Counted from the first letter of the stretch, positions 18,592 to 29,308 are shown. The stretch: 64,000 nt of DNA from an uncultured delta proteobacterium (GCA_963785725.1 CAWAWS010000003.1:224001-288000), one strand, 5' to 3'. A program made the numbers and translations. Notes: a model not told the origin generated them from the letters alone.

Positions 18592-20058
18592 TTATCGCAC
18601 TGATGGCGGAAATGCGGGTAATGATCCGCGGAAGGGTTGGACCGTCTGCCAATAATAGAGATAGACCTCGCGAACGGCATAAGCGAAACCGATGGCGAAG
18701 AGCACGAGCGCGGGCACGGCCAGCCAACGCAGCGACGGGCGACGACGCGGGCCACGCGCGCGAATGACCGCGAACAGAGAGAGCAAGAAGAGCGCGAAGA
18801 GGTGATAGCGACCTTGTACGCCGTAGGGATAATCGGCGCCGACGTGCGAGAAGATGAGATAGAGCGCCAGGATGGTGAGCGGAATCGTCGCGCATACGGC
18901 GGCGAGCGCCAGGCGCCAGGCCCAGCGTAGACGCGGCGACGGATCGGGCGCGGGCGCGAGCGGCGGCTGCGAATAGAGATCGGCGGCAATCGCCAGCATC
19001 AAACCGCCGAGGACGGCGAGCAATCCCGGCAGCGCCATATCGAAGCGCGCCGTGCCTGCCAAGAAGGTCGTCCATTTGCCGTTGATGAGCCGCGGCGCGA
19101 AGTCGGGCTGCGTCTTGTCGTCGATGACATAGTGCAAGTAGCCAATGAAGACTTTGAAGATATGAAATGGATGCGCGAGCAAGAAGAGCGCTTGGCGGTT
19201 GGGATCGGCGAAGCTCGGCATCCATAAGCGGTTGGCGTTCTCCGATAGCTGGCGCAGCAGGAAATAAGGCGTCAGCGGCACCAGCAGCGTCAGCGACAAG
19301 AGCCATTGCCGCCAGCCGAGGCGCGGCTCCGACAAGCGCGCCACGTGCGGCAGCGCGCAGCCGCCAAAGAGCGCGTAGACCGGCTTGACCGCGGCCATCA
19401 GCGACGCCATCGCCGCGATGGCGAGGACGGCGCGCCACGACGGCTGCGCCAACGCCGCGACGAGGATCAACATCGTCAGCACGAACAGGCCGGCGTCGTG
19501 ATTGATGCACGCCGTCTGCTGAATGACCTCGGGAATCGAGAAGAATCCGAGCGCCGTGAAGCGACCGCGCGGCAGCGACAAGAGCAAAAAGAGGAGCGTC
19601 AGATCGACGACGATCGCGGCCGTCAGGCGTGCGGCATAGGCGCCGCGGAAGGCGCCGCCGACGCGCATCGTGCCGTCGAGGTGCTCGGCGACGACGCGGT
19701 TGACGAGCGCTTGCACGACGAGCCCCGACGGAAAATAGAAGCACTCGTAGTTCCAGCCGTCGGCGCGCTGGTCGTTGGCGCGGATGTGGAGGCCGCGCGC
19801 GAAGTAGTGGCTCATCGGCTCGCGCGTGCCCTGCAAACGCTCGATGGTGTGCGCGGTGATGACGACGGAGGCGGGCACGGTGTCGCAGTCGTAGTGGCCT
19901 TGGCTGAGCGCCCACATGCGAAAGTAGTGACCGCGCTCGTCGGGGCCGGAAAACATCGGCAACATCGTGGCGTAGACGAGCTGCGCGACGAAGATGGCGG
20001 CCAGCCAGCTCCACTGCAGCGGCGTCAGCGGTTGCCGCCCGTAAAGCGCGCGAAACAT
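18592..20058 (-). CDS. DUF2142-like multi-TM protein (probable GT-C glycosyltransferase)
   Basis: PMFSGPDERGHYFR, KPVY, GVQGRY motifs; many TM segments. Confidence 0.75.
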   Translation of the reverse strand: MFRALYGRQPLTPLQWSWLAAIFVAQLVYATMLPMFSGPDERGHYFRMWALSQGHYDCDTVPASVVITAHTIERLQGTREPMSHYFARGLHIRANDQRADGWNYECFYFPSGLVVQALVNRVVAEHLDGTMRVGGAFRGAYAARLTAAIVVDLTLLFLLLSLPRGRFTALGFFSIPEVIQQTACINHDAGLFVLTMLILVAALAQPSWRAVLAIAAMASLMAAVKPVYALFGGCALPHVARLSEPRLGWRQWLLSLTLLVPLTPYFLLRQLSENANRLWMPSFADPNRQALFLLAHPFHIFKVFIGYLHYVIDDKTQPDFAPRLINGKWTTFLAGTARFDMALPGLLAVLGGLMLAIAADLYSQPPLAPAPDPSPRLRWAWRLALAAVCATIPLTILALYLIFSHVGADYPYGVQGRYHLFALFLLSLFAVIRARGPRRRPSLRWLAVPALVLFAIGFAYAVREVYLYYWQTVQPFRGSLPAFPPSVR

Positions 20059-20136
20059 CGGCCGCAGTCTAACGTAGCGGCCCAGGGCTGGCCACCGCGC
20101 GCTCGGCGCCGGCGTCAGCGACGGCAGACCGCGCGG

Positions 20137-20562
20137 CTAGGGCTTCGGCGGGTCGCGTTGCAGGCGACGGCGCACGAGCTCGTCGGCGAGCTGCGCGACC
20201 TCATCTTCCACGTGCTGTCGCATCTTCTTGTAGAAGGGAAAGCCCAGCGCCGCCGGCAACAGTCGATAGATGCCGGTGTCACCGGTCTCGCCGACGGCAA
20301 CAGGCACGCCATTTTCCAGCACGTGCCAGGTCAACGTCTCGCCCGATTGCTCGAGCAGCTGCGACAAGGCTTCGCTCGCCAACGCCAAGGATTGCAGCCC
20401 GTCCACGCCGCCGGCTCGCTTGATCGTGACCTCGCCGGCGCGATCGACTCGATAAGGGCAATACCAATTGCGGCCGTCATCATAAGGGACGCCGATGGCG
20501 ACTTCGACGCGCCGGCCGTCGCGGTCGAGCAGTAAACGCGTCGCGATCCACTGTTCGCTCAT
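20137..20562 (-). CDS. DUF6968-like protein
   Basis: IATRLL...VAIGVPYDDGRNWYCPY...GVDGLQSLALA. Confidence 0.6.
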   Translation of the reverse strand: MSEQWIATRLLLDRDGRRVEVAIGVPYDDGRNWYCPYRVDRAGEVTIKRAGGVDGLQSLALASEALSQLLEQSGETLTWHVLENGVPVAVGETGDTGIYRLLPAALGFPFYKKMRQHVEDEVAQLADELVRRRLQRDPPKP

Positions 20563-20647
20563 GCGCATTCTTTACCTTCGTTCCCGCTCGCGCCGTGTAA
20601 CTTTCGCTGGATCTTCAGTCGTCAAGTGGCACGCTTGCGCGGAAGAC

Positions 20648-22888
20648 ATGCGCGCGCGCTGTTCGTCGGCCTTCGGCTTCCTGGTCGCGCTGGCGCTGCC
20701 GGCGCTGCTCGTCGGCTGTCGCGCCGCCGCGCCTCCGCCCGTCGTCGCCCCGACGTGGGCCGCCGGCTCGGTCGCGCGCTTCGTCGATCCCTTCATCGGC
20801 ACCGGCGGCGCGGGCAACACGTTCCCGGGCGCGCTCGTTCCCTGGGGCATGATCGCGCCCAGCCCGCACACGCGGCAGGCGCTCATCAGCGACGTCGGCG
20901 CCGACGGATCCATCGCCGCCGCCGGTTATGTCGCCGGCGATCCGCAGATTCACGGCTTCGGCATGACGCATCTGTCGGGCGTCGGCTGTCCAGACTTGGG
21001 CGCGCCCGTCGTCGCCGTCGAGACCGGCGCCGTCGCCACCGACTTCGACAGCTACGGCAGCGCCTACACCAACGAGCGCGCCTGGCCCGGCTATTACGCG
21101 GTCGATCTGGCGAGCGGCATCCGCGCCGAGCTCACCGCCGGCACGCGCGCCGGCATCCTGCGTTTCTGGGACGACCAAGGCACGCTCACCGTCCTCGTCG
21201 ACGTGGCGCGCCCGCTGTCGTGGAACGGCGGCACCGGCCACGTCGAGCTCGGCGACGACGGCGAAGTGAGCGGCTGGGTGCAGACCGGCCTCTTTTGCGC
21301 CAAGTCGAATCATCAAAAGGTCTATTTCGCCGGCCGTTTCAATCGCGCGGCCAAAAAGAGCGGCACCTGGGTCGACGATCAGCCGAGCGCCGCGCGCACG
21401 GCCGACGGCAGCGCCGGCGCCTGGTTCCAGTTCCCCGCGCATGCGTCGGTTGAGCTGCAAATGGCCGTGTCGTACGTCGACGCCGACGGCGCGCGCGCCA
21501 ACTTGCACGCCGAGCTCGACGGCACCTCGTTCGACCCGCTGCGGCTGGCGGCGCAGGCGGCGTGGGAAGCGCAGCTCGGCCGCGCCGTCGTGGCCGGTCA
21601 CGGCAGCGACGACGACCAGACGATCTTCTACAGCGCGCTCTATCACGCGCTCATCCACCCGAGCATCGCCAGCGACGTCGACGGCCGCTACCAGAAGTTC
21701 GGCGGCGGCGGCATCGGCACCGACACGGCGCACCCGCGCTATCACGTCTTTTCGCTGTGGGACACCTATCGCACCGTGCATCCGCTGTTGACGCTGCTCT
21801 ATCCCGAGCGACAGACGGAGATGCTGCGCTCGCTCGCCAACATGACGCTGGAAGCGGGCGTGCCGCCGATGTGGGAATTGGCCGGCAGCGAAGTGCAGAT
21901 GATGGTCGGCGACCCGGCCGACATCGTGCTCGCCGACGGTGTCGTCAAGAACGTCGCGCCCGAAGCGGCGCTCATGGCGACGGCGTGGCCGCTCGCGCAA
22001 GCGGCCGCGCTCGACACGTCGGCGACGCCGCATCGCGCCGGCAACGCCGCCTATCGCGCGCTCGGCTATGTCGACATCGACGAGCAGGCCAGCGTCTGGG
22101 GCCCGGTGTCGACGACGCTCGAATATGCGGTCGCCGACTTCGCCTTGAGCCGCTGGGCCCAATCAGCGGGCGCGACCCTCGACCCGACCTTGGCGGCGCA
22201 AGCCAACAATTGGTCGACGCTCGTCGATCCGACGACGCAGCTGTTTCGCCCGCGCCACCCCGACGGCAGCTGGCTCGATCCGTTCGATCCCGACGCCATC
22301 GACGGCGCGCATCCGCAGCTGAATTCGGGCGGGCCCGGCTTCGTCGAGGGCACGGCCTGGCATTACGCGTTCTATGCGCCGCACGCCATCGCCGCGCAGG
22401 CGACCGCGACCGGCGGCGCCGACGCCTATGTCGCGCGCTTGCAGTCGCTCTTCGACACCCAGCGCTTCGTCATGTGGAACGAGCCCGATATGGGCTTCCC
22501 TTACCTGTTCACGCAATTCGCCGGCGCCGCCTGGCACACCGCCGACGCCGTCGCCGCCGCGCGCAAGACCTATTTCACGAGCGCGCGCGACGGCCTTCCC
22601 GGCAATGACGACTGCGGCACTTTGTCCGCTTGGTACGTCTTCTCCGCGCTCGGCTTCTATCCCGACATTCCCGCCGGCGACGATTACGCCATCGGCACGC
22701 CGCTCTTCGACAGCGCCACCTTGAGCATCGGCAATAGTCGCTTCGTCATCAGCGCCACTCGGCAATCCCCCGCGAGCATTTACGTCGGCAGCGCCACGAT
22801 CGGCGGCCGCGTCCTCGGCCAGCGCCTCGCCTATGCCGACCTCCTCGCCGGCGGCACGCTCACGCTCGCGCTCACCGACGCGCACTGA
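20648..22888 (+). CDS. GH92 alpha-1,2-mannosidase, lipoprotein
   Basis: VDPFIGT, TFPGALVPWG, THLSGVGC, FSLWDTYR, TLEYA, EG..WHY, NEP, PGNDDCGTLSAWYVF. Confidence 0.93.
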   Translation: MRARCSSAFGFLVALALPALLVGCRAAAPPPVVAPTWAAGSVARFVDPFIGTGGAGNTFPGALVPWGMIAPSPHTRQALISDVGADGSIAAAGYVAGDPQIHGFGMTHLSGVGCPDLGAPVVAVETGAVATDFDSYGSAYTNERAWPGYYAVDLASGIRAELTAGTRAGILRFWDDQGTLTVLVDVARPLSWNGGTGHVELGDDGEVSGWVQTGLFCAKSNHQKVYFAGRFNRAAKKSGTWVDDQPSAARTADGSAGAWFQFPAHASVELQMAVSYVDADGARANLHAELDGTSFDPLRLAAQAAWEAQLGRAVVAGHGSDDDQTIFYSALYHALIHPSIASDVDGRYQKFGGGGIGTDTAHPRYHVFSLWDTYRTVHPLLTLLYPERQTEMLRSLANMTLEAGVPPMWELAGSEVQMMVGDPADIVLADGVVKNVAPEAALMATAWPLAQAAALDTSATPHRAGNAAYRALGYVDIDEQASVWGPVSTTLEYAVADFALSRWAQSAGATLDPTLAAQANNWSTLVDPTTQLFRPRHPDGSWLDPFDPDAIDGAHPQLNSGGPGFVEGTAWHYAFYAPHAIAAQATATGGADAYVARLQSLFDTQRFVMWNEPDMGFPYLFTQFAGAAWHTADAVAAARKTYFTSARDGLPGNDDCGTLSAWYVFSALGFYPDIPAGDDYAIGTPLFDSATLSIGNSRFVISATRQSPASIYVGSATIGGRVLGQRLAYADLLAGGTLTLALTDAH

Positions 22889-22948
22889 CACACGTTCTAG
22901 CGTGCTTGCGCCATCCCCAGCGCGTCACTTTGCGTTAGTTTTCCCGCC

Positions 22949-24133
22949 ATGTTTGCTCGTCACCCCGCGTTGCTCGCGGTCTTCGCGCTCGCGGCGCTCG
23001 GCTGTTCCGGCGGATCGAGCGCGCACGCCGACGGCAGCGCCAGCGTCGACGCGAGCACCGGCTTCGACATGGCCGCCGGCACCGCCGCCGATATGGCCGC
23101 GCCCGTCGGCCACGTCAGCACCGACATGGCGCTGCCGGCGTTCGCCGTCGGCGTGACCACGCGAACCTTCGTCGACAACTCGCGCCCGACGCCCGCCAAC
23201 GGCACCGCGCCGGCGCAGCCCAATCGCACGCTCGTGACCGAAATTTGGTACCCGACGCCGGGCGCCGTCAACGCCACCACGGCCACGCGCGACGCGCCGT
23301 TGGCGCCGGGCGGCCCGTTTCCGCTCGTGCTCTTCGTGCACGGCTCGTCGTCGAGCCGCACCGTCTACACCTACTTGACGATCGGCCTCGCCAGCGCCGG
23401 CTACCTCGTCGCCGCCGCCGATTTCCCGCTCACGGCGCTGGACACGCCCGGCGGCGAATCCGATCTGCACGTCAGCGATGAAGTCGGCGACCTGAGCTTC
23501 TTGTGCGACCAGCTCAAAGCCGCGTCCGTCGACACGACCGACGCGCTGCACGGCGCCGTCGACGGGCTCGGCTACGCCGTCGTCGGCCACTCGACCGGCG
23601 GCGCCGTCGGCGAATTGGCCGCTTTCGCGCCCACCGACAGCGCCATCACGCACGACCCGCGCGTCAAGGCCGTCGTCCCGCTCTCCGGCGACGCCTGCAT
23701 GTTCAATGCGGCCTTCTTCAAGACCCGCAATACGCCCATCTTCGTCATCGGCGCCACTGACGACTTATTCGTCCCCGTTAGCGACAACGGTCAATGGGTC
23801 TTCAATAACACCAGCGCGCCCCATCTCATGGCCACGCTCATCGGCGGCTCGCACGTCTATTACACCGACTTCCCGCTGCCCGACGCGCTCGCCGGTCCCG
23901 TCCCGACGGGCCCGACGTCACCGCTGGCGACGACGCTGAGCGCTTACGGCGACGCGTCCGAGTGCCTGCCCGTGCCCGCCGCCGGCACCGATCCGCAGAT
24001 GGATTTCGCGACCGAGCACAGTAATGTTTTGCAATTGGTGACCGCTTATTTGGACGCGCAGCTACGCTCGGCGACCGACAATCTGAATGCGCTGATCGCC
24101 GCCAATAATCCGCTCATCGTCTTTCAGCAGTAG
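22949..24133 (+). CDS. Alpha/beta hydrolase lipoprotein (PAF-acetylhydrolase/chlorophyllase-like)
   Basis: LGC lipobox, IWYP, PLVLFVHG, LASAGYLV, GHSTGG nucleophile elbow. Confidence 0.82.
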   Translation: MFARHPALLAVFALAALGCSGGSSAHADGSASVDASTGFDMAAGTAADMAAPVGHVSTDMALPAFAVGVTTRTFVDNSRPTPANGTAPAQPNRTLVTEIWYPTPGAVNATTATRDAPLAPGGPFPLVLFVHGSSSSRTVYTYLTIGLASAGYLVAAADFPLTALDTPGGESDLHVSDEVGDLSFLCDQLKAASVDTTDALHGAVDGLGYAVVGHSTGGAVGELAAFAPTDSAITHDPRVKAVVPLSGDACMFNAAFFKTRNTPIFVIGATDDLFVPVSDNGQWVFNNTSAPHLMATLIGGSHVYYTDFPLPDALAGPVPTGPTSPLATTLSAYGDASECLPVPAAGTDPQMDFATEHSNVLQLVTAYLDAQLRSATDNLNALIAANNPLIVFQQ

Positions 24134-24134
24134 C

Positions 24135-25310
24135 TCATTTCGTGAGGCGCTTGACCACGCCCGCGTTGGCCAGGCCGCTGCCCTCTTCGGTCCAATAGAC
24201 GTAGCTGTCGTCGACGGCGATGGCGATCGGCGACGCCAGCCCCGCCGCGAGCAGGGTCGGCCGCCCGTTGCACCCGCCGATGGCGCAGCTCGACAAGGTG
24301 CCGCCGAAGTATTCGACCCAATAGACGTTGGCACTGTCGATAGCGAGCCCGCGCGCGCCATTGATGCCGTCAGCGAGCAAGATAGGCGAGCTGCCGCAGC
24401 CGCTCTTGGCGCACTGATAGATCTTGCCCGAGAAGATCTCGGGCGAGGTCTCCGGATTATTGTTGGTCCAATAGACGTTATCGGCGTCGACGGCGATGAC
24501 GCTGACGTACGAGCGCGTCGTCGCGACGATCGTCGGCCCGGCGCCACAGCCGCTCTTCGGGCACGTATAAATCGTGCCTAAGCTGTTGGTCCAGTAGACG
24601 TTCGTGTCGTCGACGACGGCGCCCGACGCGACGCCGTGGCCGGGCGCGCCCACGACCGGCGGCTCCCACAAGGTCGTCGCCGTGCCGCCGGCGAGCGGCC
24701 CGCTGTCGATGGCAGCATTCGAATAGTCCGTCCAATAAATGCCACTGCCGTCGACGGCGATCGATTGAAATTGGCCGCCGCTGAAGAGCGCCATCGGCGC
24801 CGCGCCGCAGCCGGTCACGGCGCAGCTGTCGAGGCTGCGCGAGCCGTCGCCATTCGTCACGCTGAAGTACGCGACGCCGCCGGCGACCGCGAAGGCGGCC
24901 GGGCTGGGCGCGTCTTGGATGTCGGAGATCTCGTCGCCGATGACGACGAGCGCGGCGTTGGCGACGGGGCTGGTCACGACCTGGCCATGCACGTAAATGC
25001 CGGGGGCGGGCGGCTCGACGTCCGTCAGCACGCCCAGGTTGCGCCAGTAAACGTTGACCGCGTCGACGACGATGGCCGCCGGGTTCGACTGCGCGCCGGC
25101 GATGACTTGGCAGGCGTGACCGCAAGCGCCGCACTGCGGATCGGTGCCGAGATCGCCGCAGGTGATCTCGAGGTCGGGCGCCGGCGGCGCTGGCGCGGCG
25201 TCGCCGGCCGCGAAATCGGCGGGCGCGCCGGCATCGGGCGGGCCGCCCGCGTCCAATCCGCGACCACAGCCGGCGACCAGCAACAGGAGAGGCAAAGCAC
25301 GCGCGAGCAT
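24135..25310 (-). CDS. Beta-propeller lipoprotein with IAVDxxNVYW repeats
   Basis: SD GGAGG; VAGC lipobox; CGACGHAC motif; six to seven (I/L)(A/V)VDxxxVYW blades with CxxxGC inserts. Confidence 0.8.
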   Translation of the reverse strand: MLARALPLLLLVAGCGRGLDAGGPPDAGAPADFAAGDAAPAPPAPDLEITCGDLGTDPQCGACGHACQVIAGAQSNPAAIVVDAVNVYWRNLGVLTDVEPPAPGIYVHGQVVTSPVANAALVVIGDEISDIQDAPSPAAFAVAGGVAYFSVTNGDGSRSLDSCAVTGCGAAPMALFSGGQFQSIAVDGSGIYWTDYSNAAIDSGPLAGGTATTLWEPPVVGAPGHGVASGAVVDDTNVYWTNSLGTIYTCPKSGCGAGPTIVATTRSYVSVIAVDADNVYWTNNNPETSPEIFSGKIYQCAKSGCGSSPILLADGINGARGLAIDSANVYWVEYFGGTLSSCAIGGCNGRPTLLAAGLASPIAIAVDDSYVYWTEEGSGLANAGVVKRLTK

Positions 25311-25433
25311 CGATCCTCCGCGCCCGAGCGTAGCGCGTCCGCCCGCCGTCGCGCGTGACCTGGCGCATGCCATTGCCGAGTCCATGTAAGCACGACACGC
25401 ATACGACCGACCAAAGACGGGCGCGAGCAGGCG

Positions 25434-25467
25434 ATTGTAAATGGTATCAAATGATACCATTTGTAAT
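25434..25467. terminator. AT-rich hairpin between two minus-strand genes (terminator or operator)
   Basis: AAATGGTATCA-AA-TGATACCATTT perfect 11-bp arms, extendable by ATTGT/GTAAT with G-U pairs. Confidence 0.45.
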
Positions 25468-25546
25468 TGGGACGCCTATTCAAGAGCGCCGAACCCCAGT
25501 CGCATGCGCGGTCGACGGCGCACGCGCGAAAATATTCAGCTCGTCG

Positions 25547-27013
25547 TCAACGCTTGGGGGTCAGCGCGACGGCGACCATCGTCGACCCGTTCGTCGCCGT
25601 GCACGACACCGACATTTGCAGCTGCGCGCGATGCAGCACCAGCGCCTCCGTGCCCGATATCGCCGTCTCGGCGTCGACCTCCCAGCCGAGCCCCTTGGCC
25701 CACGTCTTCATCGGCGCGCAGGCGACGCTCGTGCTGCCGCTGCCCGAAAACATGAGCGACGCGATGCCGTTGGTGTCCGAGCAAGCGATCATGCTGAACC
25801 CGGGCGGCGTCGGCACGAGGATCTGGGCGAACCGCCCGCAATGCGGCTCGCCCGTCGCCGGCGCCGCGACCGCGGCCACGACGTCGTTCGTCGCCGCCGC
25901 CTTCGGGTCGTCGCCGCTCGCGTGGCGCACGACACGCGTCGCCAGGTAGCCGACGCCGACCACCGCCGCCACCGCGCCCACGGCCAGGAACGCGAGCACG
26001 CCGAGCACGATCCACAGCGCGTGACCCGAGCCTTTGCCGACGTGCGCCCCCGTCGCCGTCGTCTGCGGCGCCATCTGGCCGACCGCCTGGCTGATCGACG
26101 CCAGCGACGACATCTGCATCGTCGCCGCCGTCGGCGGCGCGGTCGCCGGCTCGGCCGTGCCGGTCATGGTGCCGCCGAGCCGGCCCATCGTCGCCGCCAC
26201 CTCCGCCATCGTGGGCCGCTGCTTCGGATCCTTCAGCAGCATCGCCGCCAGCGCCTCGACCAGCTGCGGCGGCGCATCGGGCACGACGCTCGTCAGCGAC
26301 GGCGGCGGATCGTGAACGTGCGCGTAGAGCAGCTGCATCGTGTCGTTGGCGTCGAACGGCAGCCGCCCCGACAGCATCTGATAGAGCATGACGCCGAGCG
26401 AGTAGACGTCGGCCTTGTCATCGACGTTCGTCGACGAGCGGCACTGCTCGGGCGCCATGTACGCCGGCGTGCCCATCAACATCTGCGTGCTCGTCTTGAG
26501 CGGCCCCGATTGCAGCTCGGCCGCCATCTTGGCGATGCCGAAGTCGAGCACCTTGGCGCGCTCGCCGCCCGTCGCCTCCGGATCGGGCACGATGAACACG
26601 TTGTCGGGCTTGAGATCGCGATGGACGATCTGCTTGTCGTGCGCCGCCGCCAGCGCCGACGCCGTCTGCCGCGCGATGCGCAGCGCCTGCGTGCCCAACC
26701 CTTGCGGCGCCTTGCGAATGCGATCGGTCAGCGACTCGCCTTGCAAGAGCTCCATGACGATATAGGCCGTCCCATCCGCCAAGTGCCCCATGTCGAAGAT
26801 CTCGACGAGGCTCGGATGGTTGATGAGGTTCGTCGCCCGCGCCTCGTTGAAGAACCGCTGCGCGATTTGCGCGTTCCCCGCCGCGCTCGCCAACAGCACT
26901 TTGATGGCGACGTGACGGCCGATCTGCTCCTGCACGGCTTCGTAGACGGCGCCCATCCCGCCTTCACCGAGCTTGCGCGTGACCTTGTAGCTGCCCACCA
27001 ACTGCCCGATCAT
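25547..27013 (-). CDS. Ser/Thr protein kinase with TM and small Cys-containing external domain
   Basis: [41 protein letters not shown]. Confidence 0.93.
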   Translation of the reverse strand: MIGQLVGSYKVTRKLGEGGMGAVYEAVQEQIGRHVAIKVLLASAAGNAQIAQRFFNEARATNLINHPSLVEIFDMGHLADGTAYIVMELLQGESLTDRIRKAPQGLGTQALRIARQTASALAAAHDKQIVHRDLKPDNVFIVPDPEATGGERAKVLDFGIAKMAAELQSGPLKTSTQMLMGTPAYMAPEQCRSSTNVDDKADVYSLGVMLYQMLSGRLPFDANDTMQLLYAHVHDPPPSLTSVVPDAPPQLVEALAAMLLKDPKQRPTMAEVAATMGRLGGTMTGTAEPATAPPTAATMQMSSLASISQAVGQMAPQTTATGAHVGKGSGHALWIVLGVLAFLAVGAVAAVVGVGYLATRVVRHASGDDPKAAATNDVVAAVAAPATGEPHCGRFAQILVPTPPGFSMIACSDTNGIASLMFSGSGSTSVACAPMKTWAKGLGWEVDAETAISGTEALVLHRAQLQMSVSCTATNGSTMVAVALTPKR

Positions 27014-27083
27014 GTGTCCCCCTACGCGGCGATCTTATGGCCGATTTGGCGCCGGTTCTGCGATCACCATCACCAGCCCGACG

Positions 27084-27113
27084 ACGCCCAAACACGCCCA
27101 AACACGCCCAAAC
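27084..27113. repeat. 10-bp tandem repeat ACGCCCAAAC x3
   Basis: Read directly; intergenic, upstream of the kinase start. Confidence 0.85.
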
Positions 27114-27116
27114 ATG

Positions 27117-27977
27117 TTAGACGGCGCGGCGAATGCGCGCCAAAAAGCCGTCGGGCGCGTGCCGCTCACGCACGCTCAGCGACGGCAGATGCGCGTAGCC
27201 GATCCAGCATTCGCAGGTGGCGCGCGTGCAGGCGCGCGGTCGCAGCAGCGCGGCCAGGTCGTCGCGATAGAGGTTGCCGAGGACGTCGTCGACGAAGTGG
27301 CAGCGACGAACGTCGCCGTCGCCGTCGATGCTGACGACCGCGTCGCCGGTGCGGCAAGCGAGCCCGCGCGTGCGATGGCGGCGCGTCTCGAGCGCGAAGT
27401 CGGGATCGATGCGCGTAAAGCGCGTCAGCTCATCGGGCGTAAAGCGCGGCAGCGGCTTCTCGGCGTTGAGCCACATCGGCACCGTCGGCGGCAGCTCGCG
27501 GCGCAGCGCCTCGGCGTCGGCGAGCCGCGCCGGCGCCGCCACCATGCCGAGCGAGAGCCGCGTGCCTTTCGCGCTCAGCGCCGCGACCTTGGCGACCAGC
27601 GCGGCGCGCGCGATCTCGGACGGATGCCACGACAGCCACAGCGCCAGGCGTTGACGATCGGCGGCGTCGAGGAAGTCCATCGGGCCCGAGCCGTTCGTCT
27701 GAATCGCCACCAATTCCACGTGCGACAGATGCGACAGCTGGGCCAACGCCTGGCGATACCAGGGCCAGATCAGCGCTTCGCCGTACGGCGTAAACAGGAG
27801 CTGCAAGCGCCACTCGGTCGCGCGCTCGACCCAGGCGACGAAGCGGGCCAGCGCCGCGCGATCGGCGTCGAGGTTGGCCTGACGCGTCGGGCGCTTGGCG
27901 AACGGGCAGTAGGCGCAGCCGTAGTTGCAGCTGTCGAGCGGGCCGCGCCATAAAATGCCGAGGCTGCGGGCGCTCAT
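27117..27977 (-). CDS. STM4011-family radical SAM protein
   Basis: ILWRGPLDSCNYGCAYCPFAK, FTPYGEAL, C-terminal CHFV...CTRATCECWIGY; ATGA overlap. Confidence 0.88.
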   Translation of the reverse strand: MSARSLGILWRGPLDSCNYGCAYCPFAKRPTRQANLDADRAALARFVAWVERATEWRLQLLFTPYGEALIWPWYRQALAQLSHLSHVELVAIQTNGSGPMDFLDAADRQRLALWLSWHPSEIARAALVAKVAALSAKGTRLSLGMVAAPARLADAEALRRELPPTVPMWLNAEKPLPRFTPDELTRFTRIDPDFALETRRHRTRGLACRTGDAVVSIDGDGDVRRCHFVDDVLGNLYRDDLAALLRPRACTRATCECWIGYAHLPSLSVRERHAPDGFLARIRRAV

Positions 27978-29308
27978 TCGGCCGCCCATGCGGCGCGCGC
28001 GTGGCGCACCGCCGGCGACTGCAGCCAATGGCCGAGCACGTCGGCGCGCTCGACGCCGGCGTCGGTCAGCCGCACGCTGTCGGCATCGGCCGTCGCCAGC
28101 CGTAGCGCCAGCAAGTCTTGCAGCGCGGGCAGGTCGGCGAGCACGTCGCCGCCGAAGCGGGCGCGATAGTCGGCGCGGACGAGGCCGCAGTCGAGCAGCG
28201 AGAGCAGCACGTAGCGGCGGCGCTGCTCGTCGCCGTCGAGGACGAAGCCGTGGCGCGCGACCGCGAAGTCGTCGTCCGATTGCGCCATCCATTCGCCGAT
28301 GCGGCTGCGCACGCCCGCCTGCGACACGGCGAAGGGGCTCGCGTAGTGGACGCTGCGCGTGTACGAACGCGCGCCGGCGCCGAGGCCGACCATGCCGTCG
28401 TCCTGGCAGCGATAGCGCGTGCTCGTGACGACGGGCGTGCCGGGCGCGACGAACAGGCGCATCGAGCGCTGCTGCCAGCCGCGACCGCGCAGATGATCGC
28501 GGCCGGCGCGATAGAGCTGCAGCCGCTCGTCGCGCCAGGCTTCCTTGCGGCCGAGCACCGTCAGCGGACGAACATAGAGCGGATACAGGTAGAGCTCGTT
28601 GGCACCGAGCGCGAGCGCGCGATCGATCGACGCGCACAGCGTCGCCGCCGTCTGTCCCGGCAGGCCGTAGATGAGGTCGACATTGCGCGTGGGAATGACG
28701 TCGCGCAGCCGCTCGAGCGCGCGCTCGACGTCGCCGAGGTCCTGCCGGCGCTGCACGGCCGCCGTCTCGGCGGTAAAAAAGCTCTGCACGCCCATGCTGA
28801 CCCGCGTCGTGCCGTGCGCCGTCAGGACGGCGAGCTTCTCGTCGTCGAACGTCGCCGGCGAGATCTCGACCGAGGTCGGCACGTTGCGCGCGCCCAGCCG
28901 ACGCGCCACGGCGAGCAGCCGGTCCAACAACGGCGCCGCCAGAAACGTCGGCGTGCCGCCACCGACGGCGAGCTGCGCGAAGCGCGCCGGCGCCAGCCGC
29001 TCGCCGACGATCGCCGCCTGCCGCTCGACGGCCGCGACGTAGCGCTCCTCGAGCCCGCCGCGCGGCTGCACCTGCGTGAACAAGTTACAGAAGCCGCAAC
29101 GCTGCTCGCAAAAGGGGACATGCAAATAGAGGAACAGCGCCGCGCGATCTTCGTGCGCCCACAGCGTCTTCAGATCGAGCGGCGCGAGCGCGCGATAGGC
29201 CGTCTTGTGCGGATAAGAGTAGGCGTACGACAGATAAGCGTTCGATTCGAGCAGCGCCGACAGGCTCTCGGGCGCCGTCCGCAGCGGCTGGGGCGACGCG
29301 CCGGTCAC
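27974..29308 (-). CDS. STM4012-family (HemN-like) radical SAM protein
   Basis: YAYSYPHKTAY, LYLHVPFCEQRCGFCNLF, GGGTPT, RVSMGVQSF, NVDLIYGLPGQ, LYLYPLYVRPLT. Confidence 0.9.
   Translation of the reverse strand: MTGASPQPLRTAPESLSALLESNAYLSYAYSYPHKTAYRALAPLDLKTLWAHEDRAALFLYLHVPFCEQRCGFCNLFTQVQPRGGLEERYVAAVERQAAIVGERLAPARFAQLAVGGGTPTFLAAPLLDRLLAVARRLGARNVPTSVEISPATFDDEKLAVLTAHGTTRVSMGVQSFFTAETAAVQRRQDLGDVERALERLRDVIPTRNVDLIYGLPGQTAATLCASIDRALALGANELYLYPLYVRPLTVLGRKEAWRDERLQLYRAGRDHLRGRGWQQRSMRLFVAPGTPVVTSTRYRCQDDGMVGLGAGARSYTRSVHYASPFAVSQAGVRSRIGEWMAQSDDDFAVARHGFVLDGDEQRRRYVLLSLLDCGLVRADYRARFGGDVLADLPALQDLLALRLATADADSVRLTDAGVERADVLGHWLQSPAVRHARAAWAAE

Noticed and set aside
20627..20640. Sigma54 promoter TGGCACGCTTGCGC before GH92
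   Set aside because: GG-to-GC spacing is not N10 and the site is only 7 nt from the start codon.
27974..29308. True hemN (haem biosynthesis)
   Set aside because: The YSYPHKTAY motif and operon context fit the STM4012 family, and no haem pathway genes are adjacent.
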